NCBI RefSeq assembly: GCF_009914755.1
Contig: NC_060941.1
Source of the DNA: the human T2T-CHM13v2.0 reference genome, Homo sapiens
Length of the DNA stretch: 64,000 bases
Strand: one strand, 5' to 3'
Positions 19,711-32,870 of this stretch are shown here, piece by piece; within the stretch, counting starts at the first letter, position 1; every line of letters starts with the position of its first letter. The translations under genes and the position numbers were made by a program. Under the pieces are notes generated by a model, which was not told where the DNA came from, did not search any database, and saw only the letters and a program-made list of their open reading frames with translations.

Positions 19711-20001
19711 TTTTATTAATTTATTTGGAGACAGGGTCTTGCAGTGTCACTCAGGCTGGAGTGCAGTAGTGCAAACATGGCTCACTTCAGCCTCTATCTC
19801 CTGGTCTCAAGTAATGATCAGCATTTGAGTAGCTGAGACCACAGATGAACGCCACCATACTTCACTAATTTTTTAATTTTTTTGTAGAGATGGGGTCTCA
19901 GCATGTCGCCCAGGCTAGTCTCAACTCCTGGGCTCAAGCGATCCTCTCACATCAGCCTCCCAAAGTACTAGGATTACAGGCATTAGCCACTGCACCCAAC
20001 C
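19711..20001 (-). mobile_element. AluJ
   Basis: Diverged Alu; tgaaatct flanks both sides. Confidence 0.9.
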
Positions 20002-20169
20002 CTGAAATCTGTTTTTGAAAAGCTACTGGAACTAATAAGAAGTTTAACAGCATCAGAACATAAGATCGATATGTAAAAATTGATTGAATTGTCTATGTGC
20101 TATCAACAAATAATCTGAAGTTGAAATTTTAAAACAATACCATTTATAATAAGTAAATATCATAGATCT

Positions 20170-20812
20170 TGAATGGAAGTATATAGAATAAAGGATTCAT
20201 TATAGGGATTAGGTCTATACAGGGCCTTATGTGATTGTTGGTGCTGTTGAAGAGTCTGTTGCCATTGAGTCTCTTGGTGGGCCTGAATGTTGTGCAGGGC
20301 TGAAGCTGGGAAGAAAGCTCAGTGTTTAGCGGCAGAGAGAAAGGGCAAATTGGAACCCATGTGCATTTCTCAGCCAGGATCTCACCTTGTCGCCCAGGCT
20401 GGAGTGCAGTGGCACAATCACAGTGAGCAGTGGCTCACTGCAGCCTTGTCAGTGCCTTTAGCCTTGATAAAATGGTTGACTGACCTGCAGAAGGAGCTGG
20501 CACTCTTCACTACAGAGGTGCACATGCACTTGGCCCAGAAGTCAGATAATTTGAAGGAGACTATCTCATGAGAGCTGGAAGACATGTAGCCCGGCAGGCT
20601 GGCCAGCACATCAGTGACGGTAAGCATAAACTGCCACAGCACCGTGTGCCCTACATTTAACCTTCAGAGCGTAATGATTGCTGCCATCTTCCACCTTCCA
20701 AATCTCATGGAAATTTTTCTTATGATTAACCCCAACTCATAATCATACATGGAAGAGAATTATCTGAATCGTAGTTCCAGATTAGCTAAATTGATACAGT
20801 ACAAAGTCATTA
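20170..20812 (-). mobile_element. ERVL LTR, LTR41-like
   Basis: End gtagttccagattagctaaattgatacagtacaaag resembles the reverse complement of the LTR41 5' terminus as I recall it. Confidence 0.55.
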
Positions 20813-20919
20813 TAATACTTAATAGTTTTTTGATAGCCTTAGGTATAAAACCTTATAAACGGCAACCTATTTTGCAAGGTTGTAGGATATACTATCAGTA
20901 TATAAAAATCACTTGTGTT

Positions 20920-21230
<311 letters not shown>

Positions 21231-21821
21231 TCACTTGTGTTTCTATACAGTAGCAATGAGCAAACCGCAAATAAAATTAGGAAAGCTATTTCATTTACAG
21301 TAGCATCAAAAAGAACAAAGTACTCAGGAATAAATTTAACCGAAGTAAAAATTTTATAAACTACAAATCACTGGGAGAAATTACAGAAGAACTAAATAAA
21401 TGGAAAGATACTCCATGTTTATAGATCAGAAGACAAAATTGTTAAGACGGCAGTGCTCCCCAAATTGATCTACAGATTCAACACAATCTCTATCAAAATG
21501 ATCTCTATCAAAATCTCTATCAAATAAGCTGACTTATTTGCAGAAATTGACAAGCTGATCCTAAAATTTACATATAAATTCAAGGGTGCAGAAAAGCCGA
21601 AATAATCTTGAAAAAGAACAAAGTTGAAGGCCTCGACTTTTCAATTTCAAAATATACTTCTAAGCTACAGTAATCAAGACAGTGTGGTACTGGCATAAGG
21701 ATAGACATATACCATAATGGAATAGAATTGAAAGTCCAAAAATAACCCTCACATTTACAGTCAATTGAATTTTAAACATGGATGTCAAGACATTTTCTAT
21801 GAGGAAAGAATAGTAGTTTCA

Positions 21822-22135
<314 letters not shown>

Positions 22136-22881
22136 GGTGGTGATGAGACAACTGAATATCCACATGACCCTACCTCATACCATACACAAAAATTAACTCA
22201 AAATGGATCAAAGACCTAAATGTAAGAGGTGAAGCTATAAAACTCTTAGAAGAAAACATATGAGTAAATCTTTGTGACCATGGATTAGGCAGTAGTGTCT
22301 TACATATGACACCAAAAGTACAAACAAGAGAAAAATAGATAATAAACTGGACACTATCAAACTAAAAAACATTCAGGCTTCTAAGAACCACATCAGGAAA
22401 GTAAAAAATGACCCACAAAATGGGAGAAAATTTTTGCAAATCATATATCTGATAAGGGACTTATATCTAGAATATATAAGAACTACTACATACATACACA
22501 ATAATGATATATAACCCAATTAAAAATGGGCAAAGGATCTGAATAGACAGTTCTTCAAAGAAGATACACAATGGCCAATAATCACGTGAAAAGATGCCCA
22601 ACATCATTAACCATCAGAGATATTCAACTCAAAACCACAAGCAGATACTACTTGGCACCCACTAGGATGACTATGATCAAAAAGATAGATAATAACAAGT
22701 GTTGATAATGATGTGGAGAAGTTGTAACCCTCATACACTGCTGGCAGGAATGTAAAATGGTGCAGCTCCTTTAGCAAACTGGCAATTTCTCAGATGGTTA
22801 ACAGAGTTACCCTATTATCCAACAATTCCACACCCAGGTGTATACCCAAAAGAAATGAAAACATACCCACACAAAAAATGG

Positions 22882-23326
22882 TTTGTTTTGTTTTGTTTTG
22901 TTTTGTTTGACGGAGTCACACTGTGTAGCCCAGGCTGGAGTGAGGTGGTACAATCTTGGTTCACTGCAACCTCTGCCTCCCGGGTCCTGATTCAAGCAAT
23001 TCTCCTGCCTCAGCCTCCCGAGTAGCTGGGATTACAGACACATGCCACGATGCCCAGCTAATTTTTGTATTTTTAGTAGAGACGGGGTTTCACCATGTTG
23101 GCCAGGCTGGTCTTGAACTCCTGACCTTGTGATCCGCCTGCCTCGGCCTCTCAAAGTGCTGGGATTACAGGCATGAGCCACCGTTCCCAGATAATTTTTG
23201 TGTTTTTTGTAGAGACAGGGTTTCGCCATGTTCCCAGGCTTATCTCAAACTCCTGGGCTCACATGATCCACCCACCTTGGCCTCCCACAGTGCTGGGTTT
23301 ACAGGTGTGTGCCACCATGCCCAGCC
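22882..23326 (-). mobile_element. Alu trimer: AluS plus an extra AluJ-like left monomer with linker
   Basis: Full Alu (22882-23190) runs directly into ataatttttgtgttttttgtagagacagg and a second left monomer. Confidence 0.85.
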
Positions 23327-23803
23327 TCTATCAACTGTTGGATGGACCTACCCAAAGGAATTGAATGCAGGAACAGGAACAGATGCTTCTGCGTTCCTTG
23401 TGGCATTATTCACTATAGCCCAAAGATGCCAGCACCCTAAGTATTCCAACACATTCATGGATAAACAAAATGTGGTGTGTTCCTACAGTGGAACACAAAA
23501 TATTCCATAAAAAGGAATGAAATTTTCATACATACTGCAGCAAAGATCAGCCTTGAAAATATTTGTGACTGGAAGAACCAGCCAGTATGGTTCCACTTAT
23601 ATGACATGTCCAGAATAGGAAAATCTATAGAGACAGAAAGTAGATTAGTAGTGGTTTCCTAGGACTTGGGGATATGGGGAGATTGGGAGGTAGTGGCTAA
23701 GTGGTACAGGGTTTCTTTTCAGAACAATCAAAATCTTCTAAAATAGATTGTGGTGATGGTTGCACAATTCTGTGAATACACTAAAAGCCATTGAATTATG
23801 TAC

Positions 23804-24098
<295 letters not shown>

Positions 24099-25789
24099 TG
24101 AATTATATACTTTAAGTGGGTGAATTGTATGTTAGGTGAATTATATCTCAATAAATCTTTTTTTTTTTAAGGCAGCCTAGGTCTGACACACCTAATAGAA
24201 CAGAAGCTCTCGCTTCTTTCTTCTCTTTCCATCAGTCAGTGATGCCCTTTGTGGGCAGGTTTGTGCACAGATCAGGGGTTCCATTCCATTCCTTATTATT
24301 TGGGTTCTTCTTGAAGAGCAGCTTCTGCCTAGCCCATGGTGGCTAAGAGATTCACAAGCCAGTTTGTATTTTGCAAACTTTCCCTTGGGGCCTCAGCAGA
24401 GGATATTTTTAGAACAGCTGTGGGTCTAATTTTGATGTGGCCCAGTGACTGTACACCAGGCCTCATCACTGCCTTGGGATAAGCATATATTACATTCAGT
24501 CTTAATCCCTTGGAGGACACAGAGTTGTTCAGTCCATCCTGGTGTAGACCACAAACCATGTTTAAAATAGTGGGCTAAGCCACTGGGCCTCCATGGTGAG
24601 GTGGCACTAGTCCCTCTGCTTGAGTGAAGAAAAAAAAAAAAAACTAGGCAGGTAACCACAAGCCAAGTTGGGCTTGGCTGCTGCAGGCTGATTGGATGAC
24701 TGTGGCAGTACCAGCTTTGCTAAATCTCCTTTGGCTCACTTTTTCTCCCTCTCCATGTCTCTACATCTTTCTTTTCTCTCAATCCTGCTCCTGCTGAGTC
24801 TACATTAACTCTTTGTTTAGCTTGGCTCCAGAACCATAAGTACTTTCCTTTAGTCAAATATTTATCTCTTGGGTAATTTTCTCCCTACTGTCAGCAGAAC
24901 TCAAGAAATCCTCTGGTTCAACAAAGAGTAGAGTTTAAGGGACCTCAGAACTCTTCTACTCCAAACCTCTTCCTTTATACTCGAAGACCCTGGTGCCCAG
25001 AGAGAGGAAGTATTATGCCAAAGTTACCCACCAAGTTAGGCTAGGCCTGGGATTTGGTACCATTATCTCCTCACTCATGGTTCAGTACTCTTTCCATTTT
25101 TGAATGAAGAAAGACATTACAGAAAGAAGCAGGATTCTGAGCAAATTCCAACCACTTGCAATTATCTTTGTGATAGATACAGACATAGGATCAACAGTAG
25201 TCCACCTCAAAGACAGTTATTGTTTCTTAAAGTCCAAGAGGCTATTGGTTATCACTGAGTCCAACTTGGGGAGGTCATCAGATTTGTCTTTGGAGGGGAA
25301 TGTGAGGTAGTTGACCTGGTAGAAAGTGTCTAATTTGGAATCAGGATTCAGGTTTGAGTCACAACTTTGCCACTTAAAGATTTCACATCTTGTATGAGTA
25401 ATTTATTCTCTGTGCTTCAATGAATAGATCTATATAGCAGGAGTAACAGTACCTACCTTGGAGTGTGGTTGTATAGATTTGATAAAATAATGAAAGTAAA
25501 AGCTTATTTTAACTTGAAACAAAAGGTGTATTCACATGAAAAGATTGGCATTGTTGTGTGTGTGTTCAGCAAGAAGTGACCCCCTCCAAGTGTATTCTTA
25601 TGACAGATTAGTGCTTAAAGTGGGCAGCGCCAGAGCTAAAGGTTCCGCCAGTTCTCTTCACACATGCCTGATCATTTGGGCAGCAAAGATGGAGCTATCT
25701 GGGAATGTCTCGACCCTTAACAGGTTGAAGGCTTTCTCCAACAAGTCCCAACTGATTGGCCTGCTGTATTCCCGCAGTATCTAAGCCTT

Positions 25790-26700
25790 CTAAAAAGGTA
25801 TTACATACTATGTGGTTTAAAAAGAAAATCAGGCACAAAATGGTATAAAAAGAGACCTACTCTTATCTCCCAATCCTTGCCCAGAGGAAACAATCACTGT
25901 CAGCAGTTTACTGTGTATCATTCCAAAGATATTCTGTGCATCCTTTTTTCTTTGCATCGAAAAAATACACTACTATGCACACTCTTTCCATATATCAATA
26001 CATCTTGGAGATTTTTCCTTTTTTAGTATTTATAGAATTTCCTTAGAGACAACATAGTTTTCCACAATTTATTTCACAATGCCTATTGTTGGATGTATAG
26101 ATGGTCTTCAATCTTTTGTCATTATAAACAGTGTTAAAGTAAATATTTTATATCTTAGGACATTTGTGTAATTTCATCTGTATAAATAGTTCTTAGAAGT
26201 AGAATTCCCAGGTCAAAGGATAAGTGACCTAGGAATTTTTTGTAATTTAATTATTTAATGTCAAATTTTCCATCATAGTCACCATACTAAGTTATACTCC
26301 CACCCCCAGGTATGAGAGTACTTATTTCTCTACGCCTTGCCAGTACAGTGTGTTATCAGATTTTTTGGTCTCTGCAAATCAGATTCAATGTGTCATTTTA
26401 TTGTAATTTAAATTTGCATTTCTCTTAGACTGGCATGGAACGTATTTTCACAAATTTAAATGCCATATTTAGTTCTTTCATTGTTCATGGTCTTTACCCA
26501 TCTTTATACTGGGTTTTTTATCTTATTCATATTGATTTGGAGGAGCTTTCTATATACTAAGCAAATTAGCACTCTATCATATATATTATAAATATTTTTC
26601 CAAGTTTGTCAGTATCTTTGCCATACAAATTTTAAATTTTATGTGTTTATCAATAATTTCTGGGGTTTGTATCATATTAAGTATAGCTTTCTCATTTCTC
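25790..26700 (-). mobile_element. L1ME-type remnant
   Basis: tagaagtagaattcccaggtcaaagg...tactcccacccccaggtatgagagtac...ttaaatttgcatttctc. Confidence 0.7.
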
Positions 26701-26829
26701 TGTTTTTAAAAAAAATTCTTCGTTTTATGGTAAATTTTTACTTTCTTTTCCGCTACTTCCTTTTTACAAGACTGTTGTGCACATAATAGATGTTCAAGAC
26801 TTTTTTCTAAACAGCTATTTCAATTTAGG

Positions 26830-27000
26830 CTGTTTCATGTAATGAGAGGAAGACTGAATTTGGATTCAGAAGACCTCATTGACAACTAACTATAACACAT
26901 TCAAACTAGTTACTAGGTACCTGCCTCCTGCATTTTTGTGAATATCTAATAAGATCAAGTGAATTTAATATATGAGAAAGTCCTTTTTAAAGTATAAAGA
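26830..27000 (+). mobile_element. MIR remnant with its core replaced
   Basis: ttggattcagaagacct...actaac and tacctgcctc...taatatatgagaaagt arms. Confidence 0.55.
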
Positions 27001-28303
27001 AATTATTTGGGACAGTTTTTCAGTGAACACATTCATATATGCTTTTATTATTTTTCTCCCTAATTGGTCTCAGGTTTGAAATAAAATTTGTCTCTAGGAA
27101 AAAGCAAAGCTCATAAATGTGGGGTTTTCTTTATTGCTTCTTTGGGAATACCTTACCAATGAGAAGGCTTTCCTGAGCCTTGGTTGGGAGCTGAATGAGA
27201 AGGGGCAATTGGGCCTCTGGTGAAAGGTTCTCCCCAAGTGTCCAAACTAGTACCTTTTAAGAGTAGGATGGTTGGAAAAAGTGGGCAGGACATTTGCATA
27301 ATATTCCAGGACAGAGAGTTCACTTTTATTGGGCTGAAAGAGTTCAAAGGCAAAGTCTTCTGGGAACTAAAGTTGGTTTCGTTGGCTTACTCTTAGACAG
27401 ATGTGACTTCCTGTGTCAGCGAGGGAGGCTCCAAGGACAAGTTGAATGCCCAAGTTATAGAAAGTTATGTTTGTATTGGTCGTTGTTAATAAAACAGAGT
27501 ATCTGGGGTGTTTGAAAAAGAAGGAAGCCCATCAACACAGAGGATTATGAATCAGACCCTTCCAGAAGTCTCTATACCTCACTTTGAGAGAATTTCCATT
27601 TTGGTTTAATGAGTTGGTCACATTGCATCATCCCTTTATCTACCCAAAATGTGAATTTTAAACATTTTTTATCCAGATAATTTTTTCACAGAGGGAAATG
27701 CACAGAGCTTAAATGTGCAAGTAATTAAATGAGTTTTAGTGAAGGGGAGAAATCACAGTAAAAATATATATTTTCAATATATTTGTATATTATATATAAT
27801 ACATATTTTATATTTTTATATATAAATTTTTTTCACTGTGATTTTCCCCCTTTAAAAATAAATCAGCCCATGGCATCTTTTATTTAAATAATACTATGAT
27901 GTCGTGATGTTGTAATACTAAAAGTTGTGTTGTTTTTTTTGCTCCACGTTGCTCCTTTTTGTATTGAAAACGATTGGGCAGCCATGACATTCAATGGTGC
28001 TGCCTAGTTCCTTCAGAGATTTTACCGTTTTATTTATGTTTTAATACAAAGGTGACCATTTTTACTGGAAAAGTACCAATGAATTCAACTAGTCTTGGTT
28101 TGGAGGACTATAACACATTCAAACTAGTTAGCTTCATCCACCAGACATTAAGCACCCACTCTATGCTAAGTACTTTATGTTACGTTTAGCTCATTCTCCC
28201 TATTATATTTAGTTAACTCTCCTATTTAGTTCATCAGCGATGATGAAGGGAAGACCAAGTGAATTTAGAGGGGATTTGTACCAAAATGAGGTTGCAAAAG
28301 TAA

Positions 28304-28604
<301 letters not shown>

Positions 28605-28618
28605 GTAAATTGATTTTT

Positions 28619-28774
28619 TAAAAAAAAATTTTAGAGACAGGGTTTTGCTCTGTCACCCAGGTTGGAATGCAGTGACGCAGTCATAGCTCACTGCAGCCTC
28701 AACCTCCTGGGCTCAAACAGTCCTCCTGCCTCAGCCCCCCAAGTAGCTGAGACAGCAGGCCACCACACCCAGTT
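28619..28774 (-). mobile_element. Alu right monomer (FRAM or truncated AluJ)
   Basis: Single monomer flanked by gtaaattgattttt. Confidence 0.85.
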
Positions 28775-28852
28775 GTAAATTGATTTTTAAGCAGTTAGAA
28801 CTTGAACTGATTCACCTGGGCAGCTTTAGTTGTATCTTTGGTATTACGATCT

Positions 28853-29426
28853 TGAGAGGTGAAGCCGGCTGGGCTTCTGGGTTGGGTGGGGACTTGGAGA
28901 ACTTTTCTGTCTAGCTAAAGGATTGTAAATGCACCAATCAGCGTTCTGTGTCTAGCTAAAGGTTTGTAAACACACCAATCAGCACTCTGTAAAAATGGAC
29001 CAATCATCACTCTGTAAAATGGACCAATCAGCAGGATGTGGGCAGGGCCAAATAAGGGAATAAAAATTGGCCACCTCCCCCACCCACACCAGCAGTCGCA
29101 AACCTGCTCAGGTTCCCTTCTATGTCAGGAAGGTTTGTTCTTTCACTCTTCACAATAAATCTTGCTGCTGCTCACTCTGGGTCCACACTAGCTTTATGAG
29201 CTGTAACACTCACCAGGAAGGTCTGTGGCTTCATTCCTGAGAATGAAGTCAGCGAGACCACGAACCGACCGGAAGGAAGAAACACTGGACACATCTGAAC
29301 ATCTCAAGGAACAAACTCCAGACACACCATCTTTAAGAACTGTAACACTCATCGCGAGGGTCCGCGGCTGGTTCTTGAAATCAGCCAGACCCAAGAACCC
29401 ACCGGAAGGAACCAATTCCAGACACA
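28853..29426 (+). mobile_element. Solo LTR12 (ERV9; LTR12F-like)
   Basis: TG...CA termini (tgagaggtgaagcc...ccagacaca), ATCT 4-bp TSD, repeated ccaatca units, AATAAA at about 29154. Confidence 0.93.
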
Positions 29427-30083
29427 ATCTGAAGACTTGTTCACCTCCGATGCTGCTTCTGGGCTCTTTGCAATTAGCAGTGCAGCCCACAACTGCGTTT
29501 TTTTTTTTCCTCTACTCTTTTTTTTTTTCCCTCCTGCTGTTTAGGCTTCATTCTAACTAGCTTTTCAGCCTATCTGGGCATTTATTTGTTCCCTTAAGGC
29601 CATGCCAGTTGTTGCAAAGGTAGAGAAGGAATCCTCAGAAGAGCTCTCAGGGTCTCTGCTTAGGAAAGCCTCCACTCAACAGTAAGTGAGGAGATTTGCC
29701 CAGGCATGGCAGGGCATAGCACAGTGACCTGATGCCACCTCAGAAGGGACAGCAGAAGCTTCCCCAGCACCTAGCTAGTGCCTGTTGTTGAATGAATGTA
29801 TAAGTGAAGTTTTCAAGCAAGTGTCATCAAGGTTCTCTCCTGGTTCTCCTGTCTGTAGGCTTCTGAAAGCTTTGCTGCCCTAAATTCCTGTCCTTGGTCT
29901 CTGTTGGGACCATGCCTACTGACTGATGCTAACCTCGGGGTCTCTTCTGTCCCCTAGTGATTCAAACCAGCTATCCTGAAACTGCTTCCACCTGGGCAGA
30001 CCAGGGACCACAGGAACCAGAGAAATGAAAAGTATCACTTGAGAACTAAATTGGGGTGTTTTGCTTTTCCCCTCCTCCTAGGT

Positions 30084-30110
30084 TGTGTGTGTGTGTGTGT
30101 GTGTGTGTGT
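30084..30110. repeat. (TG)n microsatellite
   Basis: About 13 TG units. Confidence 0.95.
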
Positions 30111-31818
30111 TTCTTGCTAAAATGCAGCAAAGGAAGGGGAAACAAATACAACAGTGCACGGCAGAGTCCCTGCTAATAAATGTATATAAAAGAACTGAGT
30201 GCTGCTTCTCCAACATAACTTCCAGGTCTGAATACTTTGTTTTCTGCAGATTTTCAACAGGTGTCAGTTACACTTTACCTGGCCCTAAAGTGAAAAGCTC
30301 TACATGCTTGGTTTGGTTTATCCATAGGATCTAGACTAGACTAGACTAGAGGATTGACGCAGTGAAAATGTTTACTCCTCTAATTAAGCAGAATTAAGGT
30401 CTGGGCTCAAAACTGTCTTGAGCTGTGCTAGGCATAATTGAGATGCATGGACTTTGTGTAAATAATGTACTTCTAATTGGCTTTGATTAAGTGCAAATTA
30501 GAATCACACTTCACTCCAGTGTGATTTACATTCCTAAGCCCTTTTACTAACTGAAGTACTGTGGGTGGCCGATAAGGCTTGTTTATCCAGGAGACAAGAG
30601 ACTAGGAGCTAGGAGCTGCGGATCTGCAGTTTCCCAAAGGTAAAGGAGCCTGCAGCTGAGCCTCGAGTTTCTCATGTCTTCCCTCCCATCTCCAGTCCCT
30701 ACTTTAGGCGAATCAGCTTTAGTCCTCTAAATTCTAAAGCTCTACCAATTTTTTTTTAGTTTCAAGACTTAGCTTACACACACACTCAAGTTACGTGAAT
30801 ACATGAATATTGCAGTTTGTCTTGTGAAACCTCAGACCTAAAACCAGCCCCAGGCTTTGACTGTCAATATCATGACACCTTTTTACTCATGGACCAGAAA
30901 CATTTCATAAAGGAAACAACTGGTGGGAAGTTTTTTCCAGAGAGTTCCCAGTGTGTGAGTGTGAGTCAACAGACTGCTACAAAGTAGCTTAAACTCTGCA
31001 CACATCTTCCTCTGGGATTTCTTTGCAGCTTTCAAAGGGTAGATCTTTGCAACCATCCCTTGGGGAGCCTGCAGGGCGGGGTGCGGAGGGTCTGCGGGGG
31101 TGGGGCGCTGCCGAATATGAGACATTTCCTCTTGCTTCTGAGTTCTCTGAATCTGCATTTGAAAGTTATCGTGAGCAGATGAAGCAGAGGTTGCTGGGTT
31201 TATACTGATGTCTGCGCCCACTCCTGTGCTGGTGAAGTCTGGCGTGTGGAGAGGCCTCTGGTTATTGGGAGGCTGGTAAATGGCCAGCAGGATAGAAATC
31301 CGACGTGGTGTTTATGACCCTGGAGGCCATCGATAACTGGACCTAGAAGGGTTTCTCCAGATTTTCTCACGTTAGCATGCTGCTGCTTGGTGCACGACCA
31401 AAAAGTAACATGTCAGAATAGGGATTTTCACACCAGCAGAGAGTGCTAACAGTGTGCCAGGATCTGTGGGCACGCTGTTAGCAGGGCTAAGTTAAATACT
31501 CGCTTTACACCGTTGTGAAGGCAGCTCCCAGGGCAGCCAGAGGAGCATGTCACCTTCAGAGTAGGTTGGACTGTAAATATGTTTGGTCTCTAAACTCTGC
31601 CACGGGCTTACCAGAGTGAGAAGTTAGCATATTGAGGCAAATTACACTACAGAGATCCTGGCCAGGGTCAGGAAAGACAGAGAATGCTTTCTAGGACCTT
31701 TATACTGCATTCATTCATTTATTCATTCACTGAAACTTTATGGGCCACCTACTGAGCCAGACACCAGAGATGCAACTAGAAAGATGCCATGGTCTTTACA
31801 CCTAAAGAGCTCTATGGA

Positions 31819-32109
31819 GGCCAGGCGTGGTGGCTCGCGCCTGTAATCCCAGCACTTTGGGAGGCTGAGGTGGGTGGATCACAAGGTCAGGAGATCGAGA
31901 CCATCCTGGCTAACACGGTGAAACCCCGTCTCTACTAAAAATACAAAAAATTAGCCGGGCGTGGTGGCGGGCACCTGTAGTCTTAGCTACTGGGGAGGCT
32001 GAGGCAGGAGAATGGCGTGAACCCGGGAGGCAGAGCTTGCAGTGAGCCGAGATCGCACCACTTCACTCCAGCCTGGGCAACAGAGCCAGACTCTTAAAAA
32101 AAAAAAAAA
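31819..32109 (+). mobile_element. AluY
   Basis: gagatcgagaccatcctggctaacacgg; TSD ctctatgga. Confidence 0.95.
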
Positions 32110-32295
32110 CTCTATGGAGTTGGGGAACAGATCTCTATAGAGATAAATGAGAACCAAATGTGGTAGATGCTGCAGCAGAGAGGAGGAAGCCTGCGGTAGG
32201 GGCTGTCTTGGGGAAAATTGTCTGCCATACTGCATTTGTTCAGAGCAACGTGGAGTCAGCTTGAGGGCCACATGCTGTTCCAAGAAAGTGTACTT

Positions 32296-32870
<575 letters not shown>

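Noticed and set aside
21485-21525. (atctctatcaaa)x3 in L1; likewise (gtgagctgt)x3 at 51570 and (CTAGA)4 at 30331
   Set aside because: Ordinary slippage micro-duplications
26889-28130. The 24-bp repeats read as a TSD of a 1.2-kb retro-insertion or as CRISPR repeats
   Set aside because: Only two copies, no polyA or polyT at either inner edge, and the MIR appears to continue past the left copy
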